DNA of 64,000 nucleotides from the NCBI GenBank assembly GCA_052325425.1, contig JBKQUY010000045.1:26739-90738 (forward strand), read 5' to 3'. Made by a program: the position numbers and the translations under genes. The DNA is from Bacteroidia bacterium (lineage in GTDB: Bacteria; Bacteroidota; Bacteroidia; JABEUT01). This document shows, piece by piece, positions 8,520 to 18,639 of the stretch. The notes below the pieces were generated by a model that searched no databases, was not told where the DNA came from, and worked only from the letters and a program-made list of their open reading frames with translations. Each line of letters begins with the position of its first letter. Position 1 is the stretch's first letter.

Positions 8520-11500
8520 ATGAAAAAAATCGTCATTTTAATTTGTTGCGTGATTCTTTGCGTTGTATCTTTTACTGCCAGTGCCCAAACTATAGGAAAC
8601 CTTTGGGGAATGACAACTGAGAGTGGAGACAGCGGCGGCGGAACCATGTTCGGATTCAACCCTGTAACCGGTAACGATAGTATAATAGTACCTTTCTCAG
8701 GTCCGACAGGCAGCTACCCGTATTATAATAACAATATTATACAGACGAGCGGAGGTACCTTTTATGGCATAACCTATTATGGTGGCACCAATGATTATGG
8801 CACAATTTTCAAACGTACTGCTTATGGCAAAGCTACTGTTCTGCATAATTTTAACAAAGATGGCAATGATGGCTATTACCCATATGGCAGCATTATGATG
8901 GCATCTGACGGCATGTTATATGGAATGACCTATTATGGTGGAGCAAACGGTTATGGAATAATTTTCAAATGCGATACGCTTGGAAATTACAGGGTAATAC
9001 ACAACTTTGCCGGTGGAGCCACTGATGGCGAATACCCTTACATCGGAGGCTTGACACAGGCAGCCAACGGCACCTTGTTTGGCATGACCTATGATGGCGG
9101 GACAAATTCCGAGGGAACTATATTTAAATGTGATACTGCAGGCAACCTGACTGTAATTTATAGTTTTGGTACTAATGCAAACGATGGTTATTACCCTTAT
9201 AACAGCTTACTATTGGAATTAACGGAATGATGTATGGAACAACTTATGAGGGCGGAGGTTCAGGAAAATACGGAACTATATTCCAATGCGACACATTGGG
9301 TAACGAGAGAGTAATTTATTCTTTTTACACTGCCAATGACTCAGATTCCTATTACCTGTATGGTAACGTAATTCAAGCACCAAATGGCACCTTGTACGGC
9401 ATGGTACCTTATGGTGGTACAGGTTATTATGGCATAGTATATAAATGCGATACATTGGGTAATTTAAAGGTTTTATATAGTTTCGGAGGTCATTCCAATT
9501 ATGGTAAATATCCTTATGGCAGCCCTGTTTTCGGTAACGGAGATACCCTCTATGGATTAGTATATGAAGGAGGAACTAAGGGTTACGGCGCTATATTTAA
9601 ATGCGACACTAATGATGGCAGCGGCGCGAAGCTACTATATAATTTCACTGGTGGTTACCTTGATGGCGAATATCCTTATGGCACTCCCACATTAGGTTCA
9701 GATGGAAACCTGTATGGCTTGACATATGAAGGCGGAGTTACCGGAGAAGGGACAATATTTAAATATAACATGTCTACAGCAACTGAAAATATAGTGTACA
9801 ATTTCGGAACCAATGTACTTGGTAGTGATGGCTTAGAGGACTTTATACAAGGCAAGGACGGAAACCTGTATGGTATGGCAAACTCGGGAGGAGCTTATGG
9901 CAGTGGCACCCTTCTTAAATACAACCCCGTTACAGGTAAAACAACAGTACTCCATGCTTTTTATGACACGGCTAATAATGGCTCTTATCCTAAGTACGGA
10001 CGCCTTATTCAGGGTAGCAATGGTACACTTTACGGCGTAGCTGAATATGGTGGCTCAAATAATCTAGGCGTGGTATTTGAATATACTATTTCAGGTATGT
10101 TCAACGTACTTTACAGCTTTGGTACTAATGCCAATGATGGCTCCTATCCGGTAGGAGGCCTGGTAATGGAACAGAATGGCCTTTACGGGATGACTTCAAT
10201 TGGAGGTACTAATAATAACGGTATCATATTCAAATGCGATACGCTTGGAAATGAAACTATACTTTATAACTTCGGTACTAATTCTAACGATGGTAGTGAC
10301 GCAACAGGAAGCCTTATACAGTCATTACATGGTACTTTATACGGGATGACGAACAAGGGTGGAGCAAATGGTGATGGTATAATATTCAAATGCGATACAC
10401 TTGGAAATGAAACCGTACTTTATAGTTTCGGCACAAACAGCAATGATGGCTTAACTCCTTATGGCAGTCTTGTATTTGGAAGAGACAGTATGCTGTATGG
10501 TACCACAAGCAGCGGAGGTGCAATTGGTAATGGTACTGTGTTTAAGTCAGATACGTTAGGTAATGAAACAGTGCTCTATAACTTTGGCACTAATAGCAAT
10601 GACGGTTCTGACCCTGTTGGCAGCCTTATAATTGGCAGCGATAGTAACATATACGGTACAACCGAAGAAGGCGGACTAAATGGTTACGGAACTTTATTTA
10701 AATGTGATACCCTTGGTAACGAGGCTGTATTGTATAGTTTTGCCGGTAACAGTGATGGTGCATATCCTGAAATGGACCTGCTCGAAGTAATGAGCATCGG
10801 AGCATCATTATCAGCTACCAGTTGCTCGGGCACAATAGTAAATTCATCTGTAAGGGGTTCAGTTGCACCGTTAACCTATTCATGGTCTAATGGTTCTACA
10901 AGCTCTGCTGATACAATGAAAACTGCAGGCACTTATACCTTAATGGTTACCGATGCAAGGGGAATAACTGTTACTACAACAGTTACAACTACCTATAATG
11001 TGGTTAATGTTACTGCAAGCAACACTTCGGTATGTAATGGCTCATCTGCCAGCCTTAGTGCAAATGGCACAGGCGGTACAGGTAGCCTTACCTATAGCTG
11101 GATGCCGGGCAGCCTTAGCGGTTCTTCACCAAGCGTATCACCTGCTTCAACAATTACATATACGGCAACTGTAACCGATGGCAACGGATGTATGGACAGT
11201 GCAATGGAAACAGTAACTGTTGATTCATTGCCTGTTGTTACAATTACAGGTAAGGATACCATTAACCAGGGCTCAAATGATACACTTACTGCCACCGGCG
11301 GCACTACTTATATGTGGTCTGATGGCAGCTCAGGCAACCCTGATATTGTTTCACCTTCATTTACAGAAACCTTCACTGTATCTGTTACCAATAGCAATGG
11401 TTGTACCAGTACCGATACCATAAGGGTAGTAGTGAATATTACCACAGGTATGCATTCTGTTTTAGCCTCAAATTCAACCGCGGCATATCCTAACCCTGCT

Positions 11501-11716
11501 ACAAGCATGCTGAACCTTGCCTTCAATACAAGTTCAACCACCGATGGTATGATAGAAGTGTGCGACGTAACAGGTAATGTGATTATTACAAAAGAGCAAA
11601 CCATAAGCAATGGCGAGACTATGCAAATAGATGTATCAAACCTTGCAAGCGGCCTGTATTTTGTTAAAGTTACAACCGGGAAACAAATACAGGTAATGCG
11701 CTTTATTAAACAATAG
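8520..11716 (+). pseudogene. frameshifted ~1065-aa tandem-repeat (Gloeo_Verruco/GloVer-like ..LYGTT..GG..G.GTIFK.D..GN..VLYSFG...DG..PYGSL..) T9SS cargo protein
   Basis: Signal peptide MKKIVILICCVILCVVSFTASAQ at ATG 8520. About 20 repeats of ~45 aa continue uninterrupted across the junction between ORFs 8433..9230 and 9227..11716 in different frames. Cys-containing Ig-like repeats and T9SS CTD (AAYPNPATSMLNL..GLYFVKVTTGKQIQVMRFIKQ) at the C-terminus. Confidence 0.75.
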
Positions 11717-11738
11717 CATAATACATTGTACTAATTAA

Positions 11739-11765
11739 GAAAGGCGGCTAAAAGCCGCCTTTCTT
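11739..11765 (+). terminator. hairpin terminator after the repeat-protein gene
   Basis: GAAAGGCGGCT-AAA-AGCCGCCTTTC followed by TT. Confidence 0.6.
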
Positions 11766-11802
11766 ATGCCCTGCCTGAAGATATTCAACCTCTCACTGTA
11801 AT

Positions 11803-11894
11803 ATGATACTGAAAAATCCTTGTGTCACCGGTTCAATTCCAGCCGGTACCGCGTCAGAAATAAGCGCTTGTGAAAATGGCAGGCGCTTTTTTTT
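11803..11894 (+). repeat. att-like unit 2: tRNA-Phe 3' half (degenerate T-stem) + hairpin terminator, no arm repeats
   Basis: ATGATACTGAAAAATCCTTGTGTCACCGGTTCAATTCCAGCCGGTACCG (11803-11851), spacer CGTCAGAAATA, then hairpin AAGCGCTTG..CAGGCGCTT plus T-run (11862-11894). Confidence 0.65.
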
Positions 11895-11993
11895 GTGCCA
11901 GTGTGTACTTTTCAGTTTAAGTAAATTATTTTAAGAACTCTGAAAGGGTATATTATCAATATTCAAGGTCATTTTATATCATTAGTTTGCAAT

Positions 11994-12623
11994 TTAGCCT
12001 CTGTCTTTTTTTAACAGACAACGTTCCGGAAAAATATAGCTGGTGTTTCTGTCCTTCATCCAATCAATTACTTTTAATACTCCAATCAGGTTCATTATGA
12101 TTCCTAATGATATACCAATAATATAATCTCTGTTATTAACCAGGTGTTCAGAATAAATTATCTTAAGGAAATAATAAACTACCGGAACAAATAATAACAA
12201 ACTTGTCGCCATCCCTGCATTATAAAATGTTTTGCCTTTAATATTAAAAATCACTGTATGTACAAAGATATTTCCGATTGAAACCATTAGTGTGGCAATA
12301 CCCAGCCAAATAGCTTTTTCGGCAAATAAGGCAGCAAGAGTATACCCGGTCCAACCCAAGAAAACATTAATAAATAATGCTGAATTTGTATTTAGAGGAT
12401 AGCGGTCTGGTAAACTACTGTTGAACATTACTTTATTCATCATACCAGGGAATGTTCCTACAATACGATACTCTTCTAATTGATGAAATAATAATGTTGC
12501 CAGGCTTAACCACATAACTAGTTGATAATGGGTTAAGTTTAATCGGTCCAAATAAATAAAAGGAATTAGCATAAATGCTATAACCCCGCCTAAATCAAAC
12601 CAATGTTTCCTTAATAAAGCCAT
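11994..12623 (-). CDS. HXXEE-domain membrane protein
   Basis: 209-aa polytopic ORF with motif FHQLEEY. Confidence 0.65.
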   Translation of the reverse strand: MALLRKHWFDLGGVIAFMLIPFIYLDRLNLTHYQLVMWLSLATLLFHQLEEYRIVGTFPGMMNKVMFNSSLPDRYPLNTNSALFINVFLGWTGYTLAALFAEKAIWLGIATLMVSIGNIFVHTVIFNIKGKTFYNAGMATSLLLFVPVVYYFLKIIYSEHLVNNRDYIIGISLGIIMNLIGVLKVIDWMKDRNTSYIFPERCLLKKDRG

Positions 12624-12641
12624 TTTGCAAGATTACTATTT

Positions 12642-13832
12642 TTATGTAGCAGGGTGCGTTTGATGTTCATACCCTCTGAGGTATAAGGTTTTTATACGTT
12701 CCTGCCATTTTCTACCGATTTCAACAGATCGTTTGTGAGGGACAAAAAGCTCGAGTATACTATTAATAACCACTACCAGATAAGGATAATATTTAAGAAT
12801 TGTATCAGGAAGAGCCATTGTTTTACAAGCTCTCTGGCCCAAAAAGAAATGATTATATGCCAAATGTATTTTTACCAGTAGTTTTTTTTGCCATAAATAG
12901 TTAGTATAAGAAGAGGTGAAGGGCTCAAGCATCAGCGCATGAGCCAGGGCTTGAGTATCTTCATCGGCAGCCGATTGTGTAATTGTCCATTTATACAGGC
13001 TTTCGATCGCTTGTTTCTCTGTGTCAGGGAGATGGGCAGGAGGAATTCCCATTAAATAGCCTATATACTTCCACAGGTGAAGAACTCCCTTTATTTCCTG
13101 CTCGCTTATTTTGGTCCCCAATATTTTCAGTCCCTCCATAAAAGCAAGAGAAAATGCCAGATTGCCGGCAACCATGTCGCCCTGGTTAATAGGTATTCCC
13201 CATAAATCATTGCTCCAGCCCGGTGTTCTTTCTACCGCGGTTCTGGCGTAAGCATGCATCAGCCTTACTTTAATAGCACTCTTGAAACCTATAGAATCTC
13301 TCCGCATAGCATTTTCCCCTGTAACATTAACCCAAAACTCAAGAGTTTCAGCCATTCTTTTAGCCGCTCCTTTTTTCAGTGCCTGGGTATAAATTAAGGG
13401 CTTATTAATTGCTGAGGATTCGTAACCGCCCATAAGGCAGTAATTACGAAGAACCATGAGTGCAAGCGTGCCCCCTCTTCCGCAAAGCTCAGAGCCTGTT
13501 TTAAGCAAGTCCTGGTCAAGCCAGCCAGGTATAGTATCCACTTGTGCAAATAATTGCTGAATAGGTTCAGGAACATCATTAACAGCATGAAGTCCTTTAT
13601 TAAGGATTTCATCTATAAGCTTACTTGCTTCCTGAAATCCGATTTTTTCAAAAACTTCTTTAATTACCCTGTCTCCAATTATATCATATTCCAATAATAA
13701 CTTTCCATTCTCTTCAATACTTTCCTTAGCTGGGATCGTATCCAGTTTTTTCAGCATCTTTTTGCCGGTACCGTAAGTCCAATACTCTGAAAAAAAACCT
13801 GGAGAAGGATAAACAAATCTTTTGGGAAGCAT
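12642..13832 (-). CDS. MpaB/DUF2236-family oxygenase-like protein
   Basis: 396-aa ORF. The segment IKVRLMHAYAR resembles the conserved R..HA..R helix of the family. The start may be a downstream Met. Confidence 0.55.
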   Translation of the reverse strand: MLPKRFVYPSPGFFSEYWTYGTGKKMLKKLDTIPAKESIEENGKLLLEYDIIGDRVIKEVFEKIGFQEASKLIDEILNKGLHAVNDVPEPIQQLFAQVDTIPGWLDQDLLKTGSELCGRGGTLALMVLRNYCLMGGYESSAINKPLIYTQALKKGAAKRMAETLEFWVNVTGENAMRRDSIGFKSAIKVRLMHAYARTAVERTPGWSNDLWGIPINQGDMVAGNLAFSLAFMEGLKILGTKISEQEIKGVLHLWKYIGYLMGIPPAHLPDTEKQAIESLYKWTITQSAADEDTQALAHALMLEPFTSSYTNYLWQKKLLVKIHLAYNHFFLGQRACKTMALPDTILKYYPYLVVVINSILELFVPHKRSVEIGRKWQERIKTLYLRGYEHQTHPAT

Positions 13833-13909
13833 ATTCGTAACTCGTTGATGTATTAGCTATTTCAAAAATATGTAAAAGTTAAGATTCATACTTATTGAGA
13901 TTCCACTTG

Positions 13910-15235
13910 TCACATATCGTATTCCCATTTATTCCTAAAATTCACTTTTGCACCAAGCTTCTCAAATATTCGGTATAGCCCAAACCATGCTCGTCCATGA
14001 TAAATAAAGTTTGTATTTACTCCATCAGATTTATTTCTGAATTGGACAAATTCAGCCAATAGATTTCTCCCCCTTTCAATATAGCCCTGATTTTTACTAA
14101 AATCAAAAGAATCCGTTAAATAGGGTAATGCAACCCATTCATTATATGGTATCAGCGTTTTTTCGTAAAAAGATTCTATTTCATTTGCTCCATTCTTCTT
14201 TGTGAAAGTTCCCAAGCCGAAGTAGGCTTCAATAATAACTTCTTTATTAGCTTTCCCGCTTGTCAGTAAGCGCATCAGGTGATTGTATTTTCCAACAAAT
14301 TCCTTTGAAAATTCCTTTATACAACCAAAATCCAGAATACTTACTTTGCCATCCTCAGAAAAAAGATAATTACCCGGGTTCGGATCGGCATGCAACGTGT
14401 TAACTTCATAAAATAAATACGTGCTGGCATCAAAGATTGACTGCGCTACCTTGTCACGCAGCTTCTGGCTGGGGTTTTTACTTAACCATTCATCCGGGTG
14501 AGAGCCCGTGAGCAGGGATGTGGTAAGAATTACAGGGGAACAATACTCCTTATATATTTCTGGTATTGTGATCCTTGATGAGAAAGCATTTAAAAAACTT
14601 TTAAACCTCTCCGTATTTTTCGCTTCCAATAAATAATCCGTTTCTTCCAATAATCGTTCTTCAATCTCACCAAGCATTTTCATATGTTGCTGTTTTTGCG
14701 GGTGTACCGATAAAATTCCCTTTATTAATCCCAAATCATTTTGCAAAGTTTGTTTTATGCCGGGATATTGCAGTTTAACAGCCACACGTTGACCATCCGG
14801 GAGTGTGGCATTATGAACTTGACCAAGGGAAGCTGCAGCAAAAGCATCGTAATTAAAATCCGTGAAAAAATCTTCTGGTGGTTTACCAAGCCCGGCAATA
14901 AACATTTTCCGGGCAAGTGCACGGTTAAGGGGAGGAACCCGGTAACAAGATTTAGCCAATTCACGCTGATATACCTCCGGTAGCAAATCCAACTCAAGGC
15001 TGAGCATTTGAGCCATCTTAAGGGCAGAGCCGCGCAAAGACACCAAGGCTTCGAAAATTAGTTTAGAGGTCTCTTCATTGAACTTAGTAAGTACGATTTC
15101 TTTAGACTTTTTATCTAAAAATGGGCTTTTTACCACCTGCGCTATTTTCTTTGCCCCAACTTTAGCGACAACCGTCGCAACCTTTTGGCTGCGGGCAAGT
15201 TTTCCAACTCTGATGTCGTCTTTATTTTTTTCCAT
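13910..15235 (-). CDS. ABC1/AarF/UbiB-family atypical kinase
   Basis: ASLGQVHNATLPDGQRVAVKLQYPGI and HADPNPGNYLF..ILDFGC motifs. Confidence 0.85.
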   Translation of the reverse strand: MEKNKDDIRVGKLARSQKVATVVAKVGAKKIAQVVKSPFLDKKSKEIVLTKFNEETSKLIFEALVSLRGSALKMAQMLSLELDLLPEVYQRELAKSCYRVPPLNRALARKMFIAGLGKPPEDFFTDFNYDAFAAASLGQVHNATLPDGQRVAVKLQYPGIKQTLQNDLGLIKGILSVHPQKQQHMKMLGEIEERLLEETDYLLEAKNTERFKSFLNAFSSRITIPEIYKEYCSPVILTTSLLTGSHPDEWLSKNPSQKLRDKVAQSIFDASTYLFYEVNTLHADPNPGNYLFSEDGKVSILDFGCIKEFSKEFVGKYNHLMRLLTSGKANKEVIIEAYFGLGTFTKKNGANEIESFYEKTLIPYNEWVALPYLTDSFDFSKNQGYIERGRNLLAEFVQFRNKSDGVNTNFIYHGRAWFGLYRIFEKLGAKVNFRNKWEYDM

Positions 15236-15950
15236 GTCTTTTGTTTTTCTTATGAATTCCGTATGGCAAATTTCCGATGCCTTCGAACCATTTTGCTACA
15301 TGTGTTTTATATAAGAAACTCATAAATTCCAACCCGTTTGAAATAATCCCGCTTTTTATTACAGCCTCTATAATCGAAAGGCTTTTATCTATCAGCAGGG
15401 TAGTATTGTTAAAATCATCAGAGTCGTCTTTCAGCCAATAAGTTACTACTCCAATAAAGTAATCCCAGGCAAGTGATGGAAACAACCCTTTACCTGTTTG
15501 TTCGGGAATCTCACCGCTTTGTTCAGCAATATCGATGTAATTCGCAATCTCATTGGTGAAAGCCTTTTTTAGTGTAGTGGTTCCCCCTAAATAACCGGAA
15601 TAGGAGAGGAATACAGTTGCGAAAGTTTCCTGGACAAACTCACGGTCATTCAGCAGCCCTTCAATAATGGAATCAATTAAGAGTTGAGCCCGCTCCCGGA
15701 AGGTAAACTTTTCAAGCCCCTTGATTTTAGAGATTTTTTGCAGTGCGTTATGTAGGTTACGCTCGTAATATGCGTAAACTAACTTTTCTTTTGTAGGAAA
15801 ATAGTTATAAATGGTAGCTTCCGCAAGCCCTGCTTTTTTGGCTATCTCGCGCATTGTACTGGCCTGGTATCCTTTTTCTGTAATAACTTCAATTGCAGCA
15901 AGCATAAGGCTTTCCCTGTTTTTATTCTTCTGATTTTCTGATATTTTCAT
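15222..15950 (-). CDS. TetR/AcrR-family transcriptional regulator
   Basis: N-terminal HTH LMLAAIEVITEKGYQASTMREIAKKAGLAEATIYNYFPTKEKL. It overlaps the kinase gene by 14 nt, indicating an operon. Confidence 0.85.
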   Translation of the reverse strand: MKISENQKNKNRESLMLAAIEVITEKGYQASTMREIAKKAGLAEATIYNYFPTKEKLVYAYYERNLHNALQKISKIKGLEKFTFRERAQLLIDSIIEGLLNDREFVQETFATVFLSYSGYLGGTTTLKKAFTNEIANYIDIAEQSGEIPEQTGKGLFPSLAWDYFIGVVTYWLKDDSDDFNNTTLLIDKSLSIIEAVIKSGIISNGLEFMSFLYKTHVAKWFEGIGNLPYGIHKKNKRHGKK

Positions 15951-16113
15951 TTGTAATAAATATTAATTATTAAATAAACACTATACATTAATTGCCATAA
16001 TTTCAAATATAATGTACTGCAAATATACATTAAAAATAATACATGGCAATATTTCAGGCAGAAATTTATTTTAGTAAGGTGGTTTAACTATAGGACAAAT
16101 CAATTAATAGAGT

Positions 16114-16293
16114 AGTGTACACTTTTTGGTGTACGCTTTTGTGTGGTTTTTGCCCCTTTTGTAAATTTTTGCTCCGAATTAATTGATAATGAGGGCGTAA
16201 TATGGTGCTGAAAAATCCTTGTGTCGCTGGTTCAATTCCAGTTGGTACCAGACACAGAAATAAAAAGTCCCGCAGCATTGCGGGGCTTTTTTT
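16114..16293 (+). repeat. att-like unit 3: arm-type repeats + tRNA-Phe 3' half + hairpin terminator
   Basis: GTGTACA (16115-16121), GGTGTACG (16128-16135) and GTGTGGT (16141-16147). ATGGTGCTGAAAAATCCTTGTGTCGCTGGTTCAATTCCAGTTGGTACCA (16202-16250). AGTCCCGCAGCATTGCGGGGCT plus T7 (16266-16293). Confidence 0.75.
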
Positions 16294-16324
16294 ATGGTTG
16301 ATATGCACTGTAGGTACGAAAAAA

Positions 16325-16768
16325 TTATTGCATAGACCTTAACACGGATGACATTCTCTCAAGGTATTCAATAAACATATTTTGTTCAGCAGTACTATAC
16401 TGTGTTAAAACTTTATCGGCCATTTCACTCTTTCTATTTAAGAATATTTTAAAAGAGCTTCTACCTCTAACAGTTAAAGCGACATTCACTACCCTCCTGT
16501 CTTCATCCGAATGCACCCGGGTTAAAAACTTTTTCTCAACCAGCTTGTCAACAACACTTGTCAGGGTACTTAGCGGGGAATTCAGGGTCTCAGATAAATC
16601 CGTCATTTTAACATTCGTACTTTGTCCTACGAATATAATAACCTGTAATTCCTTTTCATTAAAACCTCCACAAACTTCTGTACATACCTCAGATTCGGCC
16701 TTAACCGCACTCATGAATTTGAGCATTGATGAAACAAACCGTTCCTTAATATCTTCCTTGGCTGCCAT
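16325..16768 (-). CDS. MarR-family transcriptional regulator
   Basis: Winged-helix segment LSTLTSVVDKLVEKKFLTRVHSDEDRRVVNVALTVRG. ATG at 16768 is preferred over the TTG-extended ORF to 16822. Confidence 0.8.
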   Translation of the reverse strand: MAAKEDIKERFVSSMLKFMSAVKAESEVCTEVCGGFNEKELQVIIFVGQSTNVKMTDLSETLNSPLSTLTSVVDKLVEKKFLTRVHSDEDRRVVNVALTVRGRSSFKIFLNRKSEMADKVLTQYSTAEQNMFIEYLERMSSVLRSMQ

Positions 16769-16972
16769 GGCTAATAGTGTATCTAATATTTCAAATATTA
16801 TACAATGAGAATATAAAAACAAAAATACTAATTACTCCTGCACTTTAGAAGGCACAAAAAAATAATTCCTGAAAAAAAGTTCCCATGTATTACTATTTTC
16901 GTAATATTGCAATATCGTAATAATATTAAGATGACCATAATTATATAATTATTTAAATTAAAATTCAGAAAA

Positions 16973-17899
16973 ATGAACGAAAGCATATTAATAACTGGAG
17001 CAAATATTGGGCTGGGGAAAGAGACTGCCCGTCAGCTAGCATTGAGAAAAGAAACAAAAAAGATAATTCTTTTCTGCAGAAATAAAGCGAAAGCCGAGGC
17101 AGCCAAAAAAGACCTTGAGGAGAAAACGGGAAAAAAGATTTTTGAAATTATTATTGGGGATGTTGCTGATGCAGATTCCGTAAGAAAAGCGGTGGAAAAA
17201 ATAAATGAACCTATTGATGCAGTAATTTTAAATGCGGGTGGAATGGTTGGGAAAACGGCTGGGAAAATTACGCCCTCCGATATGAATGAATTAGCTGCCA
17301 CGAATATTTTAGGTCATGTTATTTTAGTGGACGAATTAATTAAACGTGATAAGTTAAAAAAAGCCGTACTATCAGTCAGTGCGGAAGCTGTACCGGGAGT
17401 AAAGATGCTCGGAATGAAACCGGTTACCATGAAGACTTCTTCTGTAGATGAGTTTGCTGCTGTTCTTGATGGATCATATTTTGGCAATAAGTTTGATTAT
17501 GTGCAAGCATACGGATACGTTAAATATGTAATAACAATGTGGACCTTATCAATGGCAAGAAAATATCCTAACCTCAAATTTGTGGTTATGAGTCCTGGTA
17601 ATACAGGTGGAACTAACGCACCGGATAATTTGCCTCCCCCAATGAGATTTATGTTGAAGTATGTAATGATGCCTATTGTATTTCCAATGATAGGAGGAAT
17701 GGTGCATAAGATAGAAGTGGGTGTAAAACGCTTTGTAGATGCCATTTCGGATGAGCGATATAAAAGTGGGGTTTTTTATGCAAGTAAAGAGGGTAAATTA
17801 TCAGGAGATGTGGTTGATCAGAGCACTTTCTTTACTGATTTGAAAAATACTACATTTCAAGATAACGCTGATAAAGCAATCCACCGGTTTATAAAATAG
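16973..17899 (+). CDS. SDR-family oxidoreductase
   Basis: Rossmann motif ILITGANIGLGKETARQLA and NAGG motif (ILNAGGM). Confidence 0.8.
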   Translation: MNESILITGANIGLGKETARQLALRKETKKIILFCRNKAKAEAAKKDLEEKTGKKIFEIIIGDVADADSVRKAVEKINEPIDAVILNAGGMVGKTAGKITPSDMNELAATNILGHVILVDELIKRDKLKKAVLSVSAEAVPGVKMLGMKPVTMKTSSVDEFAAVLDGSYFGNKFDYVQAYGYVKYVITMWTLSMARKYPNLKFVVMSPGNTGGTNAPDNLPPPMRFMLKYVMMPIVFPMIGGMVHKIEVGVKRFVDAISDERYKSGVFYASKEGKLSGDVVDQSTFFTDLKNTTFQDNADKAIHRFIK

Positions 17900-17947
17900 G
17901 CATAATAATATTTAGTTAACGCTGAATATAACACTATCCCACCCATT

Positions 17948-18340
17948 ATGGATATGGAATTAAATGGAAGGGAGGGGCTAATTTGCTCTTTCTTTGAAAT
18001 ATTAAATAGCAAGGATGTCAGATCTTTAGGTGAAAAATTAGCTCCTACTGTAGAGTTTATTTTCCCTCTCTCTCTACCTTATGGAGGAGTTTGGAAAGGC
18101 TACGAAAAAGTTAAAGAATCCCTGAACTTGGCATTCACTTATCTGGGTTTTACCCAATTCGAAATACAGGAATATATTTTTCACAATGACTCTGTAATAT
18201 GTACAGGCACATTTAACATTGAAGATTCTAAATTTATGTTCATCGATGTTTTCACAATCCAGAATAATAGAATACTCAAGCGGCTGCACTTTGTTGATAC
18301 TGCTTTAATAATAAACACATTCACAAAAAACTTCCTCTAA
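17948..18340 (+). CDS. small hypothetical protein, possibly SnoaL/NTF2-like
   Basis: 130-aa ORF. Size and alternating pattern are compatible with an NTF2-like fold, but there is no diagnostic motif. Confidence 0.4.
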   Translation: MDMELNGREGLICSFFEILNSKDVRSLGEKLAPTVEFIFPLSLPYGGVWKGYEKVKESLNLAFTYLGFTQFEIQEYIFHNDSVICTGTFNIEDSKFMFIDVFTIQNNRILKRLHFVDTALIINTFTKNFL

Positions 18341-18639
18341 CTCAGAATAGAATTGCCCGCTTTGAGTAACTAGAGATATTAAAACACTAAAGGATGTTAC
18401 TTCTTTTTTGTTAGAAGTTTCATGGCTTTCTTCTTCTCAGCCCTTTTGGCAATGCGTTTTTTCCTTTTTATATTCTTTTTTAAAAGCTGTTTCATGGTTA
18501 TTTTTTTGGTTGTTTAATATTTCATTCTTAATTATACGCGTATAGGTTTTAACTGCGCTCATAATTTTTAAAAACATTGCCAATGTACGATTATATATTC
18601 AGTCCGACAGCATAATCATAAAAAGTGAGGGTATATAAA

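Noticed and set aside
18397-18495. 32-aa highly basic minus-strand ORF (MKQLLKKNIKRKKRIAKRAEKKKAMKLLTKKK) near att-like unit 4, considered as an excisionase or small DNA-binding protein
   Set aside because: It is a low-complexity Lys/Arg run from A-rich DNA, too short for a known Xis fold, and nothing supports expression. It is worth checking only if transcript data exist.
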